This document shows, in pieces, positions 21,078-33,162 of a DNA stretch of 48,729 nucleotides. The notes beneath the pieces were generated by a model. It saw only the letters and a list, made by a program, of their open reading frames with translations, had not been told where the DNA came from and ran no database searches. Numbering within the stretch: position 1 is the first letter of the stretch; the number at the start of each line of letters is the position of its first letter. Origin of the DNA: Chiloscyllium plagiosum. Lineage: Eukaryota. A program made the position numbers and the translations under genes. The DNA lies in NCBI RefSeq assembly GCF_004010195.1, contig NC_057718.1:65369815-65418543 (forward strand), read 5' to 3'.

Positions 21078-22592
21078 CTTCCAATTAAACCTGTTGGACT
21101 ATAACCTGGTGTTATATGATTTTTAACTTTGTACACCCCAGTCCAACACCGGCATCTCCAAATCTTGTTTCCAGGAAGCAAAGTTGGAGGAGGAACACTA
21201 AAAGTGGCATCACCGGAGAGGTGTGACCTACTTGGCTGGTAGGAAATTTGTTTGAGATTTGAAAAAAATGCACTCCAAAACCAGTTAGATTTAACTAATC
21301 AGAGATTAATTAACTAATAAATTAATTAACTAAGTCCAGATAGTTGGGCAGGTGATGTGCTGTAGCTGTATGATATGGAAGCTGGCTGATCCCATTGCGA
21401 GCTGCAGTGACCATATCTGTAGCAAGTTGGTTGTGGGAGGGACTCCGGCTCCAGAATTGATGGTCTGGAACCTGAGCTTCAAACACTGAGCAGCACATCC
21501 GGGAGGGGCAGAGTTACCTCAATGCTTTATTTCAGGAGGAAGTCATACCTGGTAGATTAAATATCACAAGTTCTGTCAGAGGCCAGGGACAAGCAGGGTG
21601 TGACTGTAAGTGAAGCAGGTAGAGGGATCCAGGTACGAGGTACTTGCTCCCTGTGTGGATGAGAAACAGAGCCAGCTGACCAAGGCGCTGTGGTACAGGA
21701 GGCCATTCAAGACAAGGGAGCAAAAGGTCAAGTGGTAGTTATAGGGGATTCTATAATTAGGGAATAGATAGTATCCTTTGTAAGCAGGATCGAGAATCCT
21801 GCATGATATGTTGCCTGCCCGGTGCCAGGACCTCTGACCGGCTTGAAAGGATATTGGAGCAGGAGGGGGAGGATCCAGTTGTTGTGGTCCATGTTGGGAC
21901 AAACAACATAGGCAAGGCTAGAATAGAGGGCCTGTTCAGGGATTATCAGGAACTATGAATTAAAGAAGTGATCCTCTAGGGTTATTATCTCCGAATTACT
22001 GCCTGGACCAAATGCAAATTGGAATAAGGATGTCAGAATAAGGAAAGTAAACACATGGCTAAAAGAGGGTGTGGAAAAGTGGGGTTCCTATTCATGGGTC
22101 ACTGGCATCAGCATTGGAACAGGAAGGATCTGTGCCGTTGGGATGGTCTCCACCTGAACCGAGCTAGGACCAGTGTTCTAGCGAAAAGGGTAAATAAGGT
22201 GGTCAACAGGACTTTAAACTAGGAAGTTGGAGGGTGGGGGAATGGAAGGGTAAAACTCTAAGAAGCAGAATAACCAATGCAAAGCAAAACTATAGGTTAA
22301 CATCTGTGGGGGTGAAGAAATAAGAAAAAAATGGAACAAAAGGAGAACTTAGGAGAGGTTATTAAAGTCCCCAGCACACAAAATAGGACAGAGTGTTTGG
22401 AAAGGGTTAGGAATCAAACTGCAAACACATTGGATAAATGAATGACAATGAGAAGAGGGATTGTCAATACAAACTGAAGGTGTTGTATCTGAATGCGCAC
22501 ATTATAAGGAATAAAGTAAATGAGCTTGTGGCGCAGATCAAAGTTGACAAGTATGATTGACGTGACTGCAAGGGTAAACATCCAAGAGTATA

Positions 22593-23084
22593 CAGGTATC
22601 TCCCACGTTTAAAATGCTCATTTTATGCTAATTTGCTTTTTGTGAAAGACCTACATTAGTATCTGGTTTCGCTAACCAGAAGAGGATTTTCGCTTTTACA
22701 AAATAACGTGCGCAGCAAGAGTGGCACCGCCAAGTGCTTTCCCTGGGAACTACACTCAGCATCAAGCTGCCATAGTTTTGAAATGTGTCTGTGAGCATCT
22801 ATGCTTTATCTCGATTTATTTTGTGCATCCATTAGCAAGATTTGTCCGAAGGTATCTCTCTCTCTCCTACACCCCAGTCTCCTAAACCTCCCACCACCCC
22901 AGCCTCGGACGGCCTGTACTAGATGTTAGTATGATGTGTTATTTGGGATAATTTAGTAGGTTATTTTTTGGGTCTGGGAACGCTCAAAAAATTTTCCCAT
23001 ATGAATTAATGGTAATTGCTTCTTTGATTTATGCCATTTCGGTTTCATAGGAATGCTGTACTCTCAGATAGCAGGAGACACCTG
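22593..23084. mobile_element. Tigger/pogo-like MITE inserted in the CR1 endonuclease region
   Basis: TA|CAGGTATCTCC...GGAGACACCTG|TA. The CR1 sequence is continuous across the insertion (compare 30490-30530). Confidence 0.85.
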
Positions 23085-24321
23085 TACACCCTACTGAAAA
23101 GACAGGCAGGTGGGCAAAGGTGATGGAGTTGCCTTGTTAGTAAGAAATGAAATTACATCAATAGAAATAAATGAAGTAGGATCAGATGATGTTAAATTTA
23201 TGTGGGTAGTGTTGAGGAACCACAAAAATAAAATAAAACCTAATTGGAGTTATCTAAAGGCCTCCAAGTAGTCAAGATTTGGGGCACAAGATATACCAAG
23301 AGATAGAAAAGGCATGTAAGAAAGGCAAGGTTACAGTGATCATGGAGGATTTCAATATGCAGGTGGACTGGGAAAATCAGGTTGGTAGTGGATCACATGA
23401 AAAGCAATGTCCATGAGGGAACAGACAATACTGGATTTAGGGTGTTGTGCAATGAGGCAAACTTGACAAGGGAGCTTAAGATGAAAGAACTCTTAGGAGG
23501 CAGTTACCATTATATGATAGACTTTACTCTGCAATTGAGACGGAAAAGGTGGAATCAGATATAACGGTATTATAGTTGAATAAAGGTAACTACACAGGCA
23601 TGAGGCAGGAGCTGACCAGAAGTGACTGGGACAGGAGTCTGGAAGGAAAGATAGTCGAAATGCAATCGCAGGAGTTTCTAGGGATATCCGGGAGACACAG
23701 CAAAAATTCATCCTGAGGATAAAGAAGCATACTAAAGGGAGGATAAGGCAACCATGGGTGACCAGGGAAGTTAGAGACAGCGTAAAAGCAAAAGAGACAG
23801 CATGTCATGTAGCAAATGGCAGAGGGAAGCTGGAGGATTAGGAAGCCTATAAAGACCAATAGAGGATAACGAAGAAAGAAAAAAGGAGGGAGAAGATTAA
23901 ATATGGGGATAAGCTAGTCTGTAATATTAAAGAAGATTGCAAGAGTTTCTTAAGATACAAAAAGGGCAAAAGAGAGGCAAAAGTGGACATTGAACTGCTG
24001 GAAAATGACGCTGGAGACGTAGTAATGTGGAACAAAGAAATGGCTGAAGAACTGAACAAGTACTTAGTGCCAGTCTTCACAGTGGAAGACACGAGTAATA
24101 TCCCAAAACTTCAAGAGAGTTAGGGAGTAGAGGAGAGTACGGAGGTTATCACCAAGGAGAAGATGCTAGAAAAACTGCAAGGTCTGAAATTGGATAAACC
24201 ACCTGGACCAGATGAGCTACACTCCAGAGTTCTGAAAGAGATAGCCAAAGAGATAGTGAAGGCTTTCACTAGAGTCAGAGAGGGTCCCAGAGAACTGGAA
24301 AATCGCTAATACCGCTAATGC

Positions 24322-24323
<2 letters not shown>

Positions 24324-24367
<44 letters not shown>

Positions 24368-24378
24368 ACACACACACT
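24324..24378. repeat. Poly-C plus (CA)n microsatellite expanded inside CR1 ORF2
   Basis: About 30 C followed by about 12 AC units, at the VTPLFKK motif. Confidence 0.95.
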
Positions 24379-26329
24379 ACTCCCCATCCCCACTGTTTAA
24401 GAAGAAAGTAAGGAAAACAACAGGAAATTACAGGCCGATTAGCCTGACCTCAGTCAATGGTAAGATTTTAGTGTCCTTTTTGAAGGATGAGATTTCTGAA
24501 TACTTGGATATGCATGGTAAAATAGGGCAAAGTCAGCATGGTTTCATCAAGGGTAGGTCATGCCTGGCAAATCAGTTAGAATTCTTTGAGGACGTAACAA
24601 GCAGGCTAGATCATGGAGAGCCAATGGATGTTATTTATCTGGACTTCCAAAAGGTAGTAAGGTGCCACATAGGAGACTACTGAGTAAGATAAGAGCCCAT
24701 GCTATTAGAGACAAGGTACTAGCATGGATAGAAGATTGGCTGTCTGGCAGAAGGCAGAGAGTGGGGATAAAGGGTGGAAGTATTGACTTGTGGTGTTCCA
24801 CAAGGTCAGTATTGGGACCACAACTTTTCACTGTACACATTAATGATGTGGATGAAGGAACTGAGAGCATTCTGGTTAAGCTTGCTGATGATACAAAGAT
24901 AGGTGGAGGGGCAGGTAGTATTGAGGCAGCAGGGAGACTGCAGGAAGGCTTAGACAGGTTAGGAGAGTGGGCAAAGAAGTGGCAGATGAAATACAATGTG
25001 AGAAAGTGTGAGGTCATACCCTTTGGCAGAAAGAATAGAGGCATGGACTATATTCTAAATGGGAATAAAATTCAGAAATGTGAAGTGCAAAGAAACTTAG
25101 GAGTCCTAGTCTAGGTTTCTCTTAAGGTAAACTTACAGGTTGAGTTGGTAGTTAGGAAAGCAAATACAATGTTGTTAGTCATCTTGAGAGGACTTGAATA
25201 TGAAAGCAGGGATGTACTTCTGAGGCTTTATAAAGCTGTGGTCAGATCATATTTAGAATATTGTGAACTATTCTGGATCCCATACCTTAGGAAGGATGTA
25301 TTGACCCTGAAGTGGGTCCAGAGGAGGTTAACAAGAATGAAAAAACTAAAATATGAGGAACATTTGAGAACTCAGAGACTACACTCGACAACGTTTTGAA
25401 GGATAAGGGGGGATCTGATTGAAACTTACTGAATACTGAACAGCCTGAACAGTGGGAAGTTGGGAAGATGTTTCAGGATGTGGCAGGAGAGACTAGGACA
25501 GCCTTAGAGTAAAGGGAAAATCCTTTCCAACTGATATAAAGAGGAACTTCTTCAACCAGAGAGTGGTGATTGCCACAGAAGGCTGTGGAGGCCAGGCCAT
25601 TGACTTTATTTAAAATGGAGATAAATCAGTGCTTGATTGTCAAGTGGGTCAAAGGTTACGGGGGGAAAACAGGAAAATGGAATTGAAAAACCTATCCACC
25701 ATTATTGAATGGTGGAGCAGACTCAATGGGCTGAATAGCCTAATTTCTGCTCCTATGTCTTATAGTCTTATAATTTTCCATGACATTGAACCTCCTGATT
25801 AGTTTAAAGCTTTAGTTATGTAATTAATAATAGTGAATTCAGAAGTACTTTAGTACATCTTGGAAGATGTTATAAGGTGCCCAATAATAGTCAATTCTTC
25901 CTTTCTCTCAATTAATAGGTTTTCAAATATTGATCTTTCACATTAAGAGTTATCTGATGAAAGTCCTCATTCTGGCTGAGGTACAATGACTAAATTGTAC
26001 AATTGACTAAAGCAAACCAAGTTAAAGGAAGCAGTGGGACTTAAGTGCTTACCAACAATAATAAAACTAACAGTTATATGATTCCTTTTATCATGTGAAA
26101 TGTTCCAAAGCTCTTCATAAGTGGTGCTTTCCCTCAGTGTAAGGTCAGAAATGTCCATATCCTTAGATACTGAAGCAGTCCATGTCCACAAGGCAAAACC
26201 TGGACAATATTCAGGATTGAGTTGTCAACGAACATTCGATATCACATAAATGTCAAAAAGGAAAAGTTGAGAATTCGCCTGGGTTTTTCAGGGACACCAC
26301 TCTTGGTGCAAACAAAACAGCCCTCTCAT

Positions 26330-26785
26330 CACATTGTTGCTGGGAATGGAAAGTTTGAGTTATCAGGATAGGCTGGCGCTTTATCCCTGGAGCATCAAAG
26401 ACTGAGGAGTGACCTTATAGAGGTTGATAAAATCACAAGGGGTTAGGTAAGGTATCAGCAAAGGTCTTCTGCGTAAGGTGGGAGATTTCAAGACTATAGT
26501 GTAATATTTTTAAGATGAGAGGAGAAAGACTAAAAAATACATGAGGGGCAACTTTTTTACACAGCATGGTTCAAATGTGGAATGAACTGTCAGAGGGAGT
26601 GGTGAATGCAGATTTCATTACAACATTTAAAAGACATTTGAATACGTTCATGAATAGGAAAGGTTTGGAGGGATATTGGCCAGGAGCAGGCAGGTGGGAC
26701 TAGCTTAGTTTAGGATTATGGTCAGTATGGACTGGTTGGACTGAAAGGTCTGTTTCTGTACTGTATGGTTCGACAACTCTATAAA
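26330..26785 (+). mobile_element. CR1 3' fragment inserted in an older CR1-like element (26130-26260, 26795-27465)
   Basis: RLRSDLIEV..WNEL; tail ctgtatggttcgacaactctat. Confidence 0.8.
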
Positions 26786-27657
26786 CATGTGAGAACAGGG
26801 GAGAATCCAACCATCTCTTCTTGACATTCAACTGCATTATCATCATTGAATCCCCCATATTGACATTGTGGGAGTTACTATTGATCAAAATCTTAATTGT
26901 ACCAACCACTTTAATAATGAAACTACAAGAACAGGTTAAAGGCTGGGAGTAATGTGACAAGTAGCTCATGTCCTGACTCCCCAAAGTCTCTCCACTAACA
27001 AAGGGAAAAAAGGTCAGGAAAATGAAGGAAAATCCCCAACTTAGCTGAATGAATGCAGCCCATCGCCACCTAAAACAGAGTAACCTATTTAACTGGCACC
27101 CTTTTCATCACCTAAAACATCACTTTACCCACCACTGTGGACTGTAGCTACAGTATGTACCACTTACCAAATACACCACATGTATTGTCAAGGCTTCTCC
27201 AACCTTTGCCAACCTATGAGCTCTATCACCTAGGAGATAAGGGCAGAAACTGCAAGGGAACTCAGTCAATTATGTTTCTTCTCCAAGTCACACACTATCC
27301 TGATCCTGGAACTATATCACTTTCCTTCAATATCATTTGGTCCATTTCCAAGAGCTTACTCCTACCAGTGCTATTGCTATGCATCTCATGGATTGGCATG
27401 ACTCAAGAATGTGGCTTACCAGCGCTTTTGGACAATTAGGAGTGGGCAATAACTACTGGCCTTGGTTGATAAATAGTTGAAAATCTGTTTTAGAAAAGTT
27501 TGATGGAATAAGTCAAATGTTTTCAGTGAATTGGCACATTATATAATGGATTGAAAAGCTACATGGAAAAAACTGTGGTTCTTGTAAGAAAAAGAATAAA
27601 ATTGAAACTTCTTAGATAAACAAATACACAGAAGAGTAACCATTGACTACTTAAAAC

Positions 27658-27846
27658 CTTTCAGGAATTTCTCATAACTTATTTTCTGTTCAACTGGATT
27701 CATAATAAAAAAATCAATCTTTTTTACACTTAAAACAATGATTAGATATTAAACTCATGAGATTCCCATATCCTTATTCTCCTTCCAGTGATATGGAGTC
27801 AATGTGAAGTCAGATGATGTCATACTTTGAAAAGGACTGTTCAACG
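27658..27846 (-). pseudogene. Candidate exon of decayed host gene (phase 1, two stops; donor uncertain)
   Basis: attctttag|LNSPFQSMTSSDFTLTPYHWKENKDMGIS*V*YLIIVLSVKKIDFFIMNPVEQKISYEKFLK|gtttta; 189 nt. Confidence 0.45.
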
Positions 27847-28794
27847 CTAAAGAATATTTGGATTGTTTCTTCCCAAGTATAAATCTCTCAAAAGTACATT
27901 TGTTTGTTAATTAAAATGTGGCTCTGACTTCCATAATTATGAAGTGCTTTGAGAGGTTCATCATCATGGTTCATATCAACTCCAGGCTACAAAACCGCCT
28001 TGATCCTTTGCAATTCGCCTAATGGCGCAACAGGTAGATGCCATTTCCTTGGCACTATACTCATCCCTGGAATGTCTGGGTAACAAGGATACCTATGTTA
28101 TTCTCCTACTCATTGACTACAGTTCTGCCTTCAACACCATAATTCCAAACAAACCATGTCTAAGCTCTGAGACCTAGATCTCAGTGTTCCGCTCTGGAAC
28201 TGGATTCCTCATCTTCCTAACCTACAGACTGCAATCAGTAAGAATAGGTGACAACACTTCCTCCACCAAATTATGCCATGTTCTTCACAACCTTCGACAT
28301 GTCATTAATGATGATGAGCATCATCATCATCCCTACGCATCAAGATCATCCCTACGCATCCACTTCTCGCCTTCAAACAACCGCCAAACCTTAAACAGAC
28401 CTTCATTGGCAGTCTTCAGGATGACATTAACCACAACACAACACCATTATGCCATGGGAACCTCTGCAAGACATGCCAGATCTTCAACATGGATACTACC
28501 ACCACACATGGGAGCAGCACCAACCACATACACGGCAGATACTCATGTGACTCGGCCAATATTGTCTTCCTCATCCACTGCAGGCAAGGATGCCCCAAGG
28601 CATGGTACATTGGCAAGACCATGCAGATCCTATGACAATGGATGAACAGACACTGCACAACAATCGCCAGTCAGGAATGTTCCCTCCCAGTCAGGGGACA
28701 CTTCAGCAGTCAAGGACATTCATTTTAAAATAGTTATGGAGAAGGACAAAACTGATCCCAGGTTCAAGTTTTAATTTGGGGCAAGGCAAATTTT

Positions 28795-31700
28795 GTTTTT
28801 GTTACAGCAGAGTGTGGCGGGAGCTGGGCGGAAGTGAGATCAGAGCAGGGAGGCTGTTGGGAAGGCATGTGATTGCTATTTAAGCGCTTACCTCAAAGCC
28901 AGTAGTCGTTTTTTACAACAGAGAGTGGCAGGAGATGGGCGGAAGTGAGGTCGGAGTGGGGGGCCTACAGGGAAGGTGAGTCACTGCTTTAAGGTATCAA
29001 AAAAACTTACCTCCGACTGGCGGAGACTTCCATTTCTGTTCCAGCAGCAGGAAGAGCTGGAGCTCTAACGAGGAAGGGCAGTTGTGTGTTGTTAAGGTAA
29101 GGCTTTTCAATTTATATTTCTTGTGTATCATATGATTGATTAAAAGTTTAATTGGTTAATTGAATAAGACTATAGCAGAGAAGTATTAGAAATTATTTAA
29201 TACATAAATTGTACAAGTTAATTAAATAAGTAAAGCTGGCTGGACAGGTGATGTGCTGTAGCTGTATGATGTGGGAGCTGGCTGATCCCATTGTGAATGG
29301 CAGTGACCACATCTGCAGCAAGTGTTGGTTGCTGGAAGAACTCTGGATCAGAGTTGATGATCTGGAATCTGAGCTTCAAACACTGCGGCATATCCGGGAG
29401 GGGGAGAGTTATCTGGATGCTTTGTTTCAGGAGACCGTCATACCCGGCAGATTAAGTAATTCAAATTCAGTTAATGATCAGGAACAACAGGCTGTGACTG
29501 TAAGTGAGGCAGGTAGGGGGATTCTGAGTTCGGGATGGAGCAGCCTCAGCCCTTGACCTTGTCCAACAGGTATAATATTTTTGCTCCTTGTATGGATGAG
29601 GAAAAGGGCTGTGGACAGGATGAGCCAGCTGACCATGGCACCATGGTGCAGAAGGCCATTCAAGAGGGGGGAGCAAAAAGACAAGTAATTGTTATAGGGG
29701 ATTCTATAATTAGGGGGATAGATAGTATTCTTTGTGAGCCAGATCGGAAGTCCCATATGGTGTGTTGCCTGCCTGGTGCCAGGGTACAGGACATCTCTGA
29801 GCGACTTGAAAGGATATTGGAGGGTGAGGTGGGGTCTAATTATTGTAGCCCACATTGGGACTAACAAGATGGGCAAAGCTACAGTGGAGGACCTGTTTGG
29901 GGATTATCATGCACTAGGAAGGAAATTGAAATACGGGTTCTGAAGAGTCATAATCTCCGGATTACTGCTTGAGCTACGTGCAAATTGGCATAGGAATAAG
30001 AAGGTTAGGGAAGTAATTGGTGTGGGAAAGAGGGGTTCCATTTCATGGAGCTTTGGCATCAGTATTGAACCCAGGGGGATCTGTACTGTTGGGATGGTCT
30101 CCACCTGAACCGATCTGGAACCAGTGTTCTGGCGAAAAGGATAAATAGAGTGGTCAGTAAGACTTTAAACTTGTGAGTCGGGGGAATGGAAAGGGAAAGC
30201 GACAGGGAGTATGGAGCTAAATGGAAAGATAAGCAGCAGGATAGCACGTGTGCAGGTGGGTTTAAGCTCGAGGCAGACTAGGAATGCAGCAAAAAAGAAA
30301 GGATAACTTAGGACATGGTATGATTTCCAATATCTCTAATAATGATAAGAAAGTTAGCATTAAGGCACTTTACCTGAATGCTTGTAGTATTTGTGACAAA
30401 GTAGATGAATTAACAGCACAAATCATGGTGAATGATTATGATGTGGTAGGCATCACAGAGACATGGCTGCAGGGGGTTCAGGACTGGCAGTTAAACATCC
30501 AAGGATTTATAACTTATCGAAAAGACAGGGAGGTGAGCAGAGGGGGCAGGGTTGCCTTGTTAGTTAAGAATGAAATTAAATCTATGGCACTGAATGACAT
30601 AGGGTCAGATGATGTGGAGTCTATGTAGATGGAGTTGAGGAACCACAAAGGCAAATAAACCATAATGGGAGTTATATACAGACCTCCTAACAGTGGTCAG
30701 GACCAGGGGTGCAAGATATACCAGGAAATAGATAGAGCATGTCAGAAAGGCAAGGTCACCGTGATCATGGGGGACTTCAATATGCAGGTGGACTGGGTGA
30801 ATAATATTGTTGGTGGATCCAAAGAAAGGGAATTCATGGAATGCTTCCAGGATAGCTTTTTGGAACAGCTTGTGATGGAGCCCACAAGGGAGCAGGCTAT
30901 TCTGGACTTAGTGCTATGTAATGAGCCAAACTTTATAAAAGATCTTAAAGTAAGGGAACATTTAGGTAGAGTTCAGTCTGCAGTTTGAAAGAGAGAAAGT
31001 AAAATCAGATGTAATGGTGCTACCGTTAAATAAAGGTAATTACAGGGGCATGAAAGAGGAACTGAAGAAAATCGACTGGAAGCAGAGCCTAGTGGGGAAA
31101 ACAGTAGAGCAACAATGGCAGGAGTTTCTGGGTGTACTTGAGGACACAGTACAGAGGTTCATCCCAAAGAAAAGAAAGATTATCCGGGAGGGAATTAGAC
31201 AGCCATGATTGACAAAGGAAGTCAGGAAATGTATCAAAGTAAAAGAGAGAGCCTATAAAGTGGCCAAGAGCACTGGGAAATCAGAAGATTGGGAAAGGCT
31301 GCAAAAACAAATAGAGGATAACAAAGAGAGAAATAAGGAAAGAGCGGATCAAATTTGTAATATTACAAATGATAGTAAAAGTTTCTTTCAATACATAAAA
31401 AATAAGTGAGAGGCAAAAGTAGACATTGGGCCACTCCAGATTGATGCTAGAAGGCTGGTGATGGGAGATAAAGAAATAGCTGAAGAACTTAATGAATACT
31501 TTGTGTCAGTCTTTGCAGTGGAAGACATGAGTAATATGCCAACAATTAAGGAGAGTCAAGGGGTAGCCATTACAAAAGAGAAAGTGCTAGAAAAGCTAAA
31601 AGATCTTAAAATTGATAAATCTCCTGGCCCCGATAGGCTACATCCTAGAGTTCTAAGGGAGGTGGCTGAGGAAATAGCGGAGGCGTTGGTTGTGATCTTT

Positions 31701-33162
31701 CAAAATTCACTGGAGTCAGGGAAAGTCCAAGATGATTGGAAAATCGCTGTTGTAACCCTCTTGTTCAAGAAAGGATCAAGACAGAAGATAGAAAATTATA
31801 GGCCGATTAGCCTAACCTCAGTTGTTGGTAAAATTTTAGAATCCATTTCTAAATTCTCGGAAGTGCAGGGTTGGATTAGAACAAGTCAGCATGGATTTAG
31901 TAATGGGAGGTCATGCCTGACAAACCTATTAGAATTCTTTGAAGAGGTAACAATAGTTTAGACCAGGGAAACCCAGTGGATGTTATCTATCTAGATTTCC
32001 AAAAGGCCTTTGATAAGGTGCCTCACAGGAGGCTGCTGAGTAAGGTGAGGGCCCATGATGCTCGAGGTGAGCTAGTGGCATGGGTTGAGGATTGGCTCTT
32101 TGACAGAAGGCAGAGAGTTGGGATAAAAGGTTCTTTTTCGGAATGGCAGCCAGTGACAAGTGGTGTCCCACAGGGTTCAATGTTGGGGTTGCAGCTGTTC
32201 ACTTTATAAATTAATGATCTGGGTGAAGGCACTGGGGGCATTCTGTTGAAGTTTGCTGATGATGCAAAGTTAGGCGCACAGGCAGGTAGTACTGAGGAGG
32301 TGGGGAGGCTGCAGAAAGATTTAGACAGCTTCGGAGAGTAGTCCAGGAAATGGCTGATGAAATTCAATGTAAGCAAATGTGAGGTCTTGGAAAAAGGAAA
32401 ACACGCATGGTTTATTTTCCAAACAGTGAGAAAATTCATAAAGTTGAAGTACAAAGGGATCTGGGAGTGCTAGTCCAGGATTCTCTAAAGGTTAACTTAC
32501 AGGTTGAGTCCGTGATTAAGAAAGGGAATGTAATGTTGTAATTTATCTCAACATATATGAAAATTGCAAAGTGCTTCTGAGACTTTATAAAGCTTGATTT
32601 AGGCCCCATTTAAAATACTGTGTCCAATTTTGAGCCCCACACCTCAAGAAAGACATACTGGCAGTGGAGAGTGTCCAGCGGAGATTCACACGGATGATCC
32701 CTGGAATGGTAGGCCTAACATACGATGAACAGTTGAAGATCCTGGGATTGTGTTCATTAGAGTTTAGAAGGTTGAGGAGAGATCTAATAGAAACTTACAA
32801 GATAATGCATGGCTTAGCAAGGGTGGACGCTGGGAAGTTGTTTTTGTTAGGTGAGGAGACTAGGACCTATAGGCTCAGCCTTAGAATTAGAGGGGGTCAA
32901 TGAAGAATGGAAATGAGGAGACATTTCTTCAGCCAGAGGGTGGTGGGCCTGTGGAATTCATTGCCACGAAGCATAGTGGAGGCCGGGACGTTAAACTTCT
33001 TCAAGGCAGAGATTGATAAATTCTTGATCTCGCAAAGAATTATGGGCTACAGGGAGAGTACGGGTAAGTGGAGTTGAAATGTCCATCAGCCATGAATAAA
33101 TGGTGGAGTGGACTTGATGGGCCAAATGGCCTTACATCCACTCCTATGTCTTATAGTCTTAT
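28795..33162 (+). mobile_element. Full-length CR1 LINE (repeated 5' UTR; ORF1 CxxC-CxxC zinc finger, coiled coil and SGNH esterase; ORF2 APE-RT), inactivated
   Basis: MCCSCMMWE..HICSKCWLLEEL; VIVIGDSIIRG..CCLPGARVQD..HIGTN..DGLHLN; LYLNACSI..GITETWL..GVIYRPP..MGDFN; YLDFQKAFDKVPH..SGVPQGS..FADDAKL; tail cctatgtcttatagtcttat. Confidence 0.95.
28796..29015 (+). promoter_or_regulatory. CR1 5' UTR tandem monomers (about 111 bp) with ETS/GABP-like sites; putative internal promoter
   Basis: GGCGGAAGTG at 28827-28836 and 28938-28947 within two diverged repeat units. Confidence 0.5.

Larger units (their letters stand above)
20244..21163 (+). mobile_element. 5'-truncated Penelope-like element (GIY-YIG C-terminus, CA-rich 3' region, pLTR)
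   Basis: WYIGETEQRLQQRMNRHR..AEQRLIAKFGTHREGLN; 11-bp TSD cttgtttccag (20233-20243, 21164-21174). Confidence 0.9.
19970..25772 (+). mobile_element. Near full-length but heavily mutated CR1 LINE (5' UTR, ZnF/esterase ORF1, APE-RT ORF2) with PLE and MITE insertions
   Basis: VMCCSCM zinc finger at about 21352; VIGDSII and DGLHLN esterase motifs; LYLNA; NYRPISLTS; LADDTKIGG; tail cctatgtcttatagtcttata at 25752-25771. Confidence 0.9.
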
